Of a DNA stretch of 64,000 bases, positions 49,368-58,782 are shown in pieces. A model generated the notes under the pieces. The model was not told where the DNA came from. It worked only from the letters and a program-made list of their open reading frames with translations, and ran no database searches. The stretch spans positions 9,478-73,477 of the forward strand of contig JAHPZI010000018.1 in assembly GCA_019058295.1 (NCBI GenBank), in the 5' to 3' direction. Positions within the stretch are counted from its first letter, which is position 1, and each line of letters begins with the position of its first letter. The position numbers and the translations under genes were made by a program. This DNA is from Promethearchaeota archaeon. GTDB taxonomy: Archaea; Asgardarchaeota; Lokiarchaeia; Sigyniarchaeales; SOKP01.

Positions 49368-49880
49368 TTAATCTATTTCTGTACCACAGTCGCCACAAAA
49401 TTTTTCTGATCCATCCATTGGGGTCCCACAATTTGGGCAAAACATCTTATTTCCACTTGAAGCAGGTTCTGGTTGTGCTGGTTGAACTTGTGCTGCGGGT
49501 GTTGCTACTGGTGCTGGTGCTGGTGCTGGTGTGCCTGGCATGCTAGTAATTTCAGCGTAGATAGTACTCCAAATTTTTTGGTTAGGCACTTTATTACCGT
49601 GAATTGGACAAGTACACTTAATTATTGTCCAAGGCCCTGCTATTTTAATAAGATTTGGTGTTGCATCTTGTCCGCATTTAAAACATTTAAAGACTGAATT
49701 ACGAATGTAAGGCATAACAAGATCTTTTTGCATTAAAGGAAGTTTAATAGTTCTTCCTCCATGGGTTGGGCACCTTTGTTTTATGATCATTTGAGTTCCT
49801 GCAAGTTTTACAAGAAAAATAGCACCCATGGTTCCACATCGAGGGCAACTAAATATGGTACTATAATCTATGTGACTCAT
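49368..49880 (-). CDS. Multi metal-finger protein (2x CxxC..CPxHG + Pro/Ala linker + zinc ribbon)
   Basis: CPRC..CPTHG, CFKC..CPIHG, FCPNCG..FCGDCG. Confidence 0.78.
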   Translation of the reverse strand: MSHIDYSTIFSCPRCGTMGAIFLVKLAGTQMIIKQRCPTHGGRTIKLPLMQKDLVMPYIRNSVFKCFKCGQDATPNLIKIAGPWTIIKCTCPIHGNKVPNQKIWSTIYAEITSMPGTPAPAPAPVATPAAQVQPAQPEPASSGNKMFCPNCGTPMDGSEKFCGDCGTEID

Positions 49881-50079
49881 TAAATTTTCTCTCCAATTTT
49901 AATTTACAAAAAACTAATAACTTTTATTATATTTATAAAATCTTTAAAAAAATAATGAAAACATTTACTTAAATTTTTATGTAGCATAAAAAACTAAGAA
50001 TTTGAGAAATACCTAATTAAATCCTATTTGACATTTAAATATGAAAAAAAATATTTTTAGAAAAGTAATAATCTTCAAT

Positions 50080-50562
50080 TTAGTCTATTTCTGCGCCACA
50101 CGTGCCGCAAAATCTCCCTGATCCTTCTATTGGTGTTCCGCAATTTGGACAAAACTTATTTTCGTCGTTTGGAGTAGGTTGTGCTGGTTGAGGTTGTGCT
50201 GGTTGAGGTGTTGTATGGCCCTTGCTAGATATTTCAGCGTAAACAGAACTCCAAATCTTTTGGAAGGGCAGTTTATTTCCGTGAGTAGGACAATTACATT
50301 TGATTACAGTATAAGGTCCTTTTATTTTCACTTGATCCTCTGTAGCTTTTTGTCCGCATTTAAAACATCGAAAAACTCCACTTCGAAGGAGATCGATATA
50401 ATATTGTTCCTGCAAATAAGGCACTCTGAAGCTTCTTGCTCCATGTTTAGGACATTTTTGTTTTATGACCATTGAATTTCCAGCCATTTTTACGAGATAA
50501 ACAGTACCTATAGCTCTACATCGAGGGCAGCTAAACATCTTATTATAATCCATATAAGCCAT
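50080..50562 (-). CDS. Multi metal-finger protein (paralog of 49368..49880)
   Basis: CPRC..CPKHG, CFKC..CPTHG, QPAQP linker, FCPNCG..FCGTCG. Confidence 0.78.
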   Translation of the reverse strand: MAYMDYNKMFSCPRCRAIGTVYLVKMAGNSMVIKQKCPKHGARSFRVPYLQEQYYIDLLRSGVFRCFKCGQKATEDQVKIKGPYTVIKCNCPTHGNKLPFQKIWSSVYAEISSKGHTTPQPAQPQPAQPTPNDENKFCPNCGTPIEGSGRFCGTCGAEID

Positions 50563-50717
50563 TAGTTTTTCTCACCAATATTAAATTATTAAGAAAAAAA
50601 GATATGATTCACTTAAACTTTTATTATGTTAATTAAATTAAGAATTATTTTGTTTTTACTTAAATATAATTCTTTGAGGGATTTGAATGGATTTAAGATT
50701 AAAGAAAAAGCTAGGAT

Positions 50718-51398
50718 TTATGATTGAATTTCCAAAGAAATATCAATATGACTTTCTTCCTTTTTGCTTGAAAGATGAATATCTTCAACATTACATATGA
50801 CTTTTATATCTAAATTCCTCAAATATATTCCCTCGGTAATTCCGCACACTACATAAAAAAAATAAATGAAATCATCAGTATTGTCTAAATATTCTGAATT
50901 TTTAATTCTATATAATACTTTATTTTGATAAAGTTCTAAAATCGAAATATCTATATCATCTTGAAAAAAATCAAATGAATTATAGAATTCTCTAAAAAGT
51001 TTTAAAAAAGCTTTAGTATCAGAATTTTTTCTGAGTTTTTCTATTTCTTTACGGTAAGGATCTCCAAGAGAAAATTCAAAGTGGTCTAAAATTTTTAAAC
51101 CAACTTCTTTACAAAGATCCTCCTTATTTGGAAGTTTGCTTTTTAACGCATATAGCAATGCTTGAATAAAATTATTAACTAGTTTCTTACGGATAAATTT
51201 TCTTTTTTTACTATAGTATAGTCGCGCAGCGCCTATGTCCTTTTTATTTACTAATTCTTCAGCTTCTAAGATGCCTAAATATTTTGAAACAGTATTGCGA
51301 TGAATTTTTGCTTTACTTGAAATTTCTGTAATTGTTAAGCCAGAAGCAGAATCGGACAATGTATTTAATATTTTAGATTTATAATCGTTTTTTTCCAT
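50718..51398 (-). CDS. Winged-HTH transcriptional regulator with V4R/HNOX-like ligand-binding domain
   Basis: GLTITEISSKAKIHRNTVSKYLGILEAEELV; C-terminal CGITEG..CNV pattern. Confidence 0.75.
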   Translation of the reverse strand: MEKNDYKSKILNTLSDSASGLTITEISSKAKIHRNTVSKYLGILEAEELVNKKDIGAARLYYSKKRKFIRKKLVNNFIQALLYALKSKLPNKEDLCKEVGLKILDHFEFSLGDPYRKEIEKLRKNSDTKAFLKLFREFYNSFDFFQDDIDISILELYQNKVLYRIKNSEYLDNTDDFIYFFYVVCGITEGIYLRNLDIKVICNVEDIHLSSKKEESHIDISLEIQS

Positions 51399-51611
51399 TA
51401 TTATTAAAATGAATGAATTATTATTTATATGTTATTGTGCTTTTATTGTTGTGCTTTATTGCTTACATATCTTATTTTGAAGAGAAAATGTATTTTTATA
51501 ACTGAATTTGCTAAATTTTATTTTTAATTAATGCACAGCATTTAAATATTTTTCCATCCTTCTAAATTATGATAACTAATTAAATGTAATATAATAAAAA
51601 AAGGTCTAATT

Positions 51612-53453
51612 ATGATATCAGATAGAATTTTATTAACGACACCTTGTTATCCCTATCCTACTCTCCCTGCTAACGATTCCCTTACAGATGCTACTGGTCA
51701 GCGTTTTACTCATGGTGATGAACTTTTTACTATTGTTTCACATACTCACTGCTACGCAAACCATATTCTGGCTCAAAATATTGATATTCCTGCCACCTTG
51801 CTTGAATATCCTAGATGGGATAATTTTACTGAAGAAGTAGATAAAGGCTATGCCACAATCGGCATCAGCTCGTTTCCAGTTCATCTTGATATGGTCATGA
51901 AAATGTGCGAATACATCCGTAAAGCATCCCCTGAAACAAAAATACTTTTGGGTTCCTATGGGGCTCAGGCATTTGACGCGCAATACGACGAGGAAACTAA
52001 AAAAAAATATGTGGATCATGTGGTAAAAGGTGAGGGGGTAAAATGGCTTCGTGAATATTTAGGTGAGGATACAAACCGCCCTATTTCACAAAAGTTAATG
52101 CCTAAATGTGGTGGTGCGCCACCATTTCTAAATAAATATCCTAGAGGCGGTATCGGTTTTCTTGTAACAGGCTTAGGCTGCCCTGGTGGATGCGACTTTT
52201 GCTCAACAACCGAAATGTACGGCCAAAAACGGATTGAAATGCTTACGCCAGACGAATTTGTAAATAATGCTCAACTTTATCGTAAGAACTTTTCGAGGTG
52301 TACTTCACTTTTTGTAATAGAAGAAGATCATTTCCGTCATCCCCGATGGCTCGTTAAAACTAGGGAACGATGGCTGCAAGACAATGATCTTATAGAAAAT
52401 ATGGACTGGACTGGTTTTGGTTCAGTGGATTTTATCTGGCATTTTGCTAAAAATTATGGATGGGATGCCATTCCTGAATCAGGAATAGGAGCGATTTTCA
52501 TAGGTGTGGAATCCAAGTTCGCTGGCGAACATGGTTATAGGAAAGTTAAAGAAGCTGATGCTCGAGATGTGTTTTATAAGCTTCATTCGATGGGGATTCG
52601 TACACTTGGAGCATGGATATGTGGTTGGGATTTTCATAACCATTCAAATATGTACGAAGATCTTAATTATTTCGTAGCTTGTAAACCGACTTACGAACAG
52701 CTCACTCGCATGTCCCCGTTCCCTGGTACCGAATTATGGCGTAAGCTTAAAGATCAGGGACGTGTAATGGACGTGCCTTGGGAAGATGTACATTTTTGGA
52801 GCGGTGCGCAAAAAAACATCTCTATGGAAACCCACGAAACCTTAAATTTGACCGAATATGGATATGAGTTATTGTATAAAACGTGGGGCCCGTCCATACT
52901 TAGAAGGTTTGAATGTACACTCAACGGTTATGAACACTGTATGAATTCTGATAATCCCTTGATGAGGGATATCAGATCCAATTTATTCAAACGAGGATGC
53001 GTGGTAACATGGATGATGTTAGGTGCAATGGATCGCTTTGCGCCAAATGGTGTTGTAAGACGAAGAGTCATAAAAGCAGATGAAAAATTTAGGGATCTTT
53101 TTGGTGAACCCTCCCCAATAATGCAATTAATCTCCAGTGCTGTTGAACAGAAAGCATTGCAATTTAAAAAGAAACACCAGTTTGATCCATTTAATCGAAG
53201 ACCACGAGAAGAACCGGCTAAGATCTATCTTTACGAAAAGGATGGATCCCTGAAAGATGAAGATATCCCTTACCAAACAGTATATCCAAATAAAATACCG
53301 GAAAAGATCCAGAAAGAAATGGACGCTAGTGAAACTTTTTATACAAATTTAGTCGAAACTTATATGAATTCTGCGAGACCAAGCAATGCAAGAAACAAGT
53401 TAGATGAGTATCTTATAAAAAATATAGGAGAGCGAAGCTACGGCGGATTCTAA
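51612..53453 (+). CDS. Cobalamin-binding-like radical SAM protein (tandem copy A)
   Basis: GISSF..ILLGSYG, KGEG, GCPGGCDFC, GVES, SPFPGT. Confidence 0.85.
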   Translation: MISDRILLTTPCYPYPTLPANDSLTDATGQRFTHGDELFTIVSHTHCYANHILAQNIDIPATLLEYPRWDNFTEEVDKGYATIGISSFPVHLDMVMKMCEYIRKASPETKILLGSYGAQAFDAQYDEETKKKYVDHVVKGEGVKWLREYLGEDTNRPISQKLMPKCGGAPPFLNKYPRGGIGFLVTGLGCPGGCDFCSTTEMYGQKRIEMLTPDEFVNNAQLYRKNFSRCTSLFVIEEDHFRHPRWLVKTRERWLQDNDLIENMDWTGFGSVDFIWHFAKNYGWDAIPESGIGAIFIGVESKFAGEHGYRKVKEADARDVFYKLHSMGIRTLGAWICGWDFHNHSNMYEDLNYFVACKPTYEQLTRMSPFPGTELWRKLKDQGRVMDVPWEDVHFWSGAQKNISMETHETLNLTEYGYELLYKTWGPSILRRFECTLNGYEHCMNSDNPLMRDIRSNLFKRGCVVTWMMLGAMDRFAPNGVVRRRVIKADEKFRDLFGEPSPIMQLISSAVEQKALQFKKKHQFDPFNRRPREEPAKIYLYEKDGSLKDEDIPYQTVYPNKIPEKIQKEMDASETFYTNLVETYMNSARPSNARNKLDEYLIKNIGERSYGGF

Positions 53454-53562
53454 TATTATTTATAGAAAAAAAATAAATAAAAATTTTTTAAAAACAATTC
53501 AAAAGTATGGTAAATAATTAAAAAGTAAATAATTAAAAAAAATATAAAAAAAAGGGCTAAAT

Positions 53563-55410
53563 ATGATATCAGATAGAATTTTATTAACGACACCTTGTTA
53601 TCCCTATCCTACTCTCCCTGCTAACGATTCCCTTACAGATGCTACTGGTCAGCGTTTTACTCATGCTGATGATATTTTTACTCTTATTTCACATACTCAC
53701 TGTTACGCAAACCATATTCTGGCTCAGAATATTAAAATTCCTGCCACTTTACTTGAATATCCTAGATGGCAAAATTTTACCGAAGAAGTGGATAAAGGCT
53801 ATGCCACAATCGGCATCAGTTCGTTTCCAGTTCATCTTGATATGGTCATGAAAATGTGCAAATACATCCGAAAGGTATCCCCTGAAACAAAAATACTCTT
53901 GGGTTCCTATGGGGCTCAGGCATTCGATGCGCAATATGACGAGGAAACTAAAAAAAAATATGTGGACCATGTGGTAAAAGGTGAGGGTGTTAAATGGCTT
54001 CGTGAATATTTAGGCGAGGATACAGACCGCCCTATATCACAAAAGTTAATGCCTAAATGTGGTGGTGCCCCAGCATTTCTAAACAAATATCCTAGAGGTG
54101 GTATCGGTTTTCAAGTAACAGGCTTAGGCTGCCCTGGTGGATGCGATTTCTGTTCAACAACCGAAATGTATGGTAAAAAACGAATTGAAATGCTTACACC
54201 AGACGAATTTGTAAATAATGCTGAACTTTATCGTAAGCACTTCCCGGATTGTTCTTCACTCTTTGTAATAGAAGAAGATCATTTCCGCCATCCCCGGTGG
54301 CTCGTTAAAACTAGGGACAGATGGATGCAAAACAAAGATCTTATAGAAAATATGGACTGGACTGGTTTTGGTTCAGTGGATTTTATCTGGCATTTTGCTA
54401 AGAATTATGGATGGGATGCCATTCCCGAAACAGGAATGGGAGCGGTTTTCGTTGGTGTGGAATCCAAATTCGCTGGCGAACATGGTTATAAGAAAGTTAA
54501 AGAAGCTGATGCTCGAGATGTGTTTCATAAGCTTCATTCATTGGGGATTCGCACACTTGGAGCGTGGATATGTGGTTGGGATTATCATAACCATTCAAAT
54601 ATGTACGAAGATCTTAATTATTTCGTAGCTTGTAAACCAACTTACGAACAGCTAACACGCATGTCCCCGTTTCCCGGTACTGAATTATGGCGTAAGCTTA
54701 AAGAACAAGGACGTGTAATGAACGTACCTTGGGAAGATGTCCATTTCTGGAGCGGTGCGCAAAAAAATATCTCTATGGAAACCCACGAAACCTTAAATCT
54801 GACTGAGTATGGGTATGATTTATTGTATAAAACATGGGGGCCATCAATACTAAGAAGGTTTGAAGTTCAACTCAATGGGTATGAGCATTGTATGAATTCT
54901 GATAATCCCTTGATGAGGGATATCAAATCCAACTTCTTCAAACGAGAGTTGGCAGTAATATGGATTATGTTAGGATCTATGGATCTATTTGCGCCAAATG
55001 GTGTTGTTAGACGAAGAGTTATGAAAGCAGATGAAAGATTTAGGGACCTTCTTGGTGAACCTACTCCAATGATGGAATTAATTTCACGTGGTATTGAAAA
55101 GAGAGCTATAAAATTCAAAAAGAAACATATGTTTGATCCATTTAATCGAAGAGCACGGGAGGAACCGGCTAAGGAATATCTTTACGAGAAGGATGGATCC
55201 ATTAAAGATGAAGATATCCCTTACAAAACTATATATCCAAATAAAATTCCGAGAAAAACAAGAAGGGAAATGAGGCGTGTAAATAGGAGATACGGTGCAA
55301 TAAGTAATTTCTTAAGTTGGAGATATAAAATTAAATCAGACAAAAAAGGAAACGAGTTAGATGCAATTGTTGCGAAAAATATAAAAAAGCAAACTTACCC
55401 CGGATTTTAA
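53563..55410 (+). CDS. Cobalamin-binding-like radical SAM protein (tandem copy B)
   Basis: Near-identical to 51612..53453 except scattered substitutions and the C-terminal ~45 aa. Confidence 0.85.
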   Translation: MISDRILLTTPCYPYPTLPANDSLTDATGQRFTHADDIFTLISHTHCYANHILAQNIKIPATLLEYPRWQNFTEEVDKGYATIGISSFPVHLDMVMKMCKYIRKVSPETKILLGSYGAQAFDAQYDEETKKKYVDHVVKGEGVKWLREYLGEDTDRPISQKLMPKCGGAPAFLNKYPRGGIGFQVTGLGCPGGCDFCSTTEMYGKKRIEMLTPDEFVNNAELYRKHFPDCSSLFVIEEDHFRHPRWLVKTRDRWMQNKDLIENMDWTGFGSVDFIWHFAKNYGWDAIPETGMGAVFVGVESKFAGEHGYKKVKEADARDVFHKLHSLGIRTLGAWICGWDYHNHSNMYEDLNYFVACKPTYEQLTRMSPFPGTELWRKLKEQGRVMNVPWEDVHFWSGAQKNISMETHETLNLTEYGYDLLYKTWGPSILRRFEVQLNGYEHCMNSDNPLMRDIKSNFFKRELAVIWIMLGSMDLFAPNGVVRRRVMKADERFRDLLGEPTPMMELISRGIEKRAIKFKKKHMFDPFNRRAREEPAKEYLYEKDGSIKDEDIPYKTIYPNKIPRKTRREMRRVNRRYGAISNFLSWRYKIKSDKKGNELDAIVAKNIKKQTYPGF

Positions 55411-55448
55411 AATTTTTTAAAGAAGTAGCGATATAATTGGTGATTTAA

Positions 55449-56534
55449 ATGAGCGTCAAAAAAAATCCAGATTCCATTCCAAGTAATACACCAGTCAGTA
55501 GCATTCCAGCTGATTATTATCCACAAGGATGCGGATTCTGGTATGAAATAACAGAAGGACTTGATGCTGGGAAAAAAATTTTCTACAGAGATAGCATTCA
55601 TGGATCAGGAAATCCAGAAAACACAATTGTATTTGTTCATGGCAATCCCGAATGTTCCTACACATATAGAGATGTTATCAGTAACTTGATCAGTTCTGCC
55701 AAGAAACCTTTCAGGGTCGTTGCAATGGATCATATTGGTTTTGGCTTATCTGATCAAGCGTCATTTGAAATGGTTTGTATGGATCATGCCGAGAATCTAT
55801 TAGAACTTATAGAGCATCTTGATTTGAAAAATGTAACTCTAATAATACATGATTGGGGTGGTCCAATAGGTGTTGGCGCTTTCTTGAAAGTTCCTGATCG
55901 AGTAAAAAATCTTGTCATATTAAATACTACTGTTTTTCCGATACCAGATACAGGATTGACTTACCTTAATTATCCTTCTCCACGCTCTCCATGGGCTGGA
56001 TCACCTAAATTTATTCCAAACAAGAATTGGGGGTCTTTTGCTGCAACCATCATCTTTATTGAACCTATGGAATCAAAAGAATTGGTAGCACATTTGATGA
56101 ATTCTATGCGTGAAAAAGAGATGGGAAATTTTGTTCCTGAGAAGAAAACGGCTCAAATGATTTTTAAAGAACAATTTGAGACGGAAGCAAATGCTTTAAG
56201 CTCAAAACGATTAGTACTTCAAACGCCAGTATGGGGTCATGGAAATACATATAAAGACCCCAATCTTGGTGATCGGGATACAACTCCCTTCTATCGCTTT
56301 ATACAAGACAATATTAGTAAATTGTGGGGCCCTAATGGTCAAAATATTGGAGTCCGTGCCGTTTTAGGAAAATGGGATCCCTCAGCTAAAGATGAAGTTA
56401 TGCAACAATGGATTGACCATCTGCCTCAACTTGAAGGACATGTTAAAGAATTTGAAAACATAAGTCATTTCATTGAAGAACACAAACCAGAAGCAATTGC
56501 GAATGCTATTATTGATGTGGCTAGCTTAAAATAA
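55449..56534 (+). CDS. Alpha/beta hydrolase, haloalkane dehalogenase/OleB-like
   Basis: FVHGNP, DHIGFGLSD, HDWGG (Asp nucleophile), SHFIEE. Confidence 0.85.
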   Translation: MSVKKNPDSIPSNTPVSSIPADYYPQGCGFWYEITEGLDAGKKIFYRDSIHGSGNPENTIVFVHGNPECSYTYRDVISNLISSAKKPFRVVAMDHIGFGLSDQASFEMVCMDHAENLLELIEHLDLKNVTLIIHDWGGPIGVGAFLKVPDRVKNLVILNTTVFPIPDTGLTYLNYPSPRSPWAGSPKFIPNKNWGSFAATIIFIEPMESKELVAHLMNSMREKEMGNFVPEKKTAQMIFKEQFETEANALSSKRLVLQTPVWGHGNTYKDPNLGDRDTTPFYRFIQDNISKLWGPNGQNIGVRAVLGKWDPSAKDEVMQQWIDHLPQLEGHVKEFENISHFIEEHKPEAIANAIIDVASLK

Positions 56535-56692
56535 ATAGGAATCTTTTTATTAAAAAAAAATAAAAATTTTTTTTTATTTCGTTATTTTTGTTAGTTAATC
56601 ATTTCTATCTGAATTAGGAGGTCTGTTGATTGAAAGAATTTAATATTTTCCAATATTATAAAAATTAATCGAAATTAGGAAGCAAAAGGAAT

Positions 56693-58198
56693 ATGGCTTT
56701 AACACCAAAAAAAATATATGAAGATTTAAAGAAAAAAGACATAGATAAGTTAACGGCTGCTGATTTGCTAATTGATTTAATAGAAGCCGATCTCTCCATT
56801 GATACAAGATTGGAATGTATTGAAATCTTAAAAAAAATTAATCTTAAGCATAAAAAAATTTTTTCTATTCTAGAAAATTTATTGATATCTGATTCAGAAC
56901 CCCTAATTAGACAGCTTGCAGCAAATACCTTAAAGGATTTATTTCGAGAGAAAGCTTTATCTCCTTTAAAATGGGCATTAGAACATGAAAAATCATGGCA
57001 ATTTTTATTGACACTCACCTCAATTATAAGTGAAATTGACACTCAAAAGGCTAAATCAATTTTACTTGATAAAATAAAAAAAATTGATAATTATCAATTA
57101 AATAAAAGTCTTAGTCCTTTATTTAAATCTAAAGAAATTCAAAGTTTTAGCACTGATAAACTTGTAGAAATTATAAAAAACTATATTATTATTAATTATT
57201 TTAAAGATATTTTAAAAGATATCAATTATGAAGTAGAAAAAGGATTTGTAACTAAATTAAATTTATCCTTTATTAATAAAGAGTTGTATGGATGGAAAAT
57301 TTTACAAAATTTAACTAGGTTTATTAACCTCTTGAACCATCTCACCTCATTAAAATTAAGAGATAATGGGATTGGAAAAATCCCGAATTCCATTGTCTCT
57401 CTAAATTCTCTTAACTATTTGGATTTAAGTCACAATATTATAGACAAATTACCTGAATCCATTGGTAATCTTAAATCATTAGAGCATTTAAATTTAAGAT
57501 ATAACAACTTATCAGAGATTCCAAATTCAATTGGTTCACTAAGGTTTTTAAAAACTCTGGATTTAAAACATAACAAATTAACAACACTTCCTGATTCAAT
57601 AAGTAAACTGACATTGCTCGAAGTATTAGATTTACATGGGAATCAATTTATTGAGTTTCCAAATTCTTTAGAGGGACTTTCCTCACTTAAAAAATTAAAA
57701 CTAGGATTAAATAATTTGGAATATGTTCCGCAGTGGATAAAAAATTTGCATTCTCTAAAAAAATTAGGATTAGGGGGAAATAAATCTTTATCTAATTTTC
57801 AAGAATGGATTGATTTTTTGCCACCAGTAGTAGAATTAAATTTGTATGACAATGATATTAAAAAATTACCAGAATCAGTAGGATCACTAGATTCTCTAAA
57901 AGTTTTAAAATTACCTAATAATCAACTAACATCATTACCAGAATCATTTAAAAATCTGATTTTCCTTAAGAAACTTGATTTAAGTTATAATAATTTTAAA
58001 GAGCTCCCTGAATGGATTGGTTCCTTTTCTTCATTGGAAGAATTAAATTTAGAAAGTAATAACCTTAAGACTCTACCTGAATCCATTGCTTCTCTTTCAT
58101 CTCTTAAAATATTAAATATAATTCTAAACAAAGAGATTACCAAACTTCCCGAATCGATTAAATTATTACAAACTAAAGGGCTTCAGATCCAAAAATGA
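56693..58198 (+). CDS. HEAT-repeat + leucine-rich repeat protein
   Basis: LENLLISDSEPLIRQLAA HEAT-like unit; about 12 LxxLxLxxNxLxxLPxSI repeats. Confidence 0.92.
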   Translation: MALTPKKIYEDLKKKDIDKLTAADLLIDLIEADLSIDTRLECIEILKKINLKHKKIFSILENLLISDSEPLIRQLAANTLKDLFREKALSPLKWALEHEKSWQFLLTLTSIISEIDTQKAKSILLDKIKKIDNYQLNKSLSPLFKSKEIQSFSTDKLVEIIKNYIIINYFKDILKDINYEVEKGFVTKLNLSFINKELYGWKILQNLTRFINLLNHLTSLKLRDNGIGKIPNSIVSLNSLNYLDLSHNIIDKLPESIGNLKSLEHLNLRYNNLSEIPNSIGSLRFLKTLDLKHNKLTTLPDSISKLTLLEVLDLHGNQFIEFPNSLEGLSSLKKLKLGLNNLEYVPQWIKNLHSLKKLGLGGNKSLSNFQEWIDFLPPVVELNLYDNDIKKLPESVGSLDSLKVLKLPNNQLTSLPESFKNLIFLKKLDLSYNNFKELPEWIGSFSSLEELNLESNNLKTLPESIASLSSLKILNIILNKEITKLPESIKLLQTKGLQIQK

Positions 58199-58206
58199 CA
58201 AAGCAT

Positions 58207-58255
58207 TTTTAGAAATTATACATTACAGTCAAGTAATTTTAGAAATTATACATTA
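58207..58255. repeat. 19-bp direct repeat TTTTAGAAATTATACATTA x2 (58207-58225, 58237-58255)
   Basis: Exact duplication with 30-bp periodicity in the intergenic region upstream of a small wHTH gene. Confidence 0.85.
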
Positions 58256-58342
58256 ACGTCCGTGTTATTATACCGTAATTAAAAGAAATTACTCTAGTTT
58301 ATAAAAATCAATTAATTTTATATTATAAAAGGATTTTATAAT

Positions 58343-58627
58343 ATGTCGATCACCGATTTAACCTCACTTCTAAAGAAAAAGGGATTTCGAGACACTTATC
58401 ACATTTTAGCCTCCAAGAACTTTAAGTGCGAAAAACATGCGTTTTATAACGAATTAAACAAGTTTAGTTATTATAATTCATTTTTTCGCATCAAAGATGA
58501 GCTTATCAAAAGAGGGCTGCTCGAAATCAAAATTAATGATGGTAAAAAGTATATAACGCTAACCAAAAGAGGAGTAGACGTATATAATAAATTAATAGAA
58601 ATAAAGAACCTCATCGATGGAAAATAA
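58343..58627 (+). CDS. Small winged-helix DNA-binding protein
   Basis: KDELIKRGLLEI..KYITLTKRG wing motif. Confidence 0.7.
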   Translation: MSITDLTSLLKKKGFRDTYHILASKNFKCEKHAFYNELNKFSYYNSFFRIKDELIKRGLLEIKINDGKKYITLTKRGVDVYNKLIEIKNLIDGK

Positions 58628-58782
58628 ATTTCCATTCTTTAATTTTTTTAAAAAAGATCTATAATTCACATTCAAAATTGTCCCTAATTAAATTTGGGGG
58701 TATTTTAAAAGAAAGAATTTAATATATTTTTTTTAATTTATAATCATTAATTTAAAAAAACTAAATCTATATTCTTAAAATA

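Noticed and set aside
6953-58198. Genome-wide UGA reassignment
   Set aside because: Ordinary genes end cleanly at TGA (for example 7547, 39738, 58196), so recoding is local
58207-58255. Mini CRISPR array
   Set aside because: Only two 19-bp units with an 11-bp spacer and no cas genes
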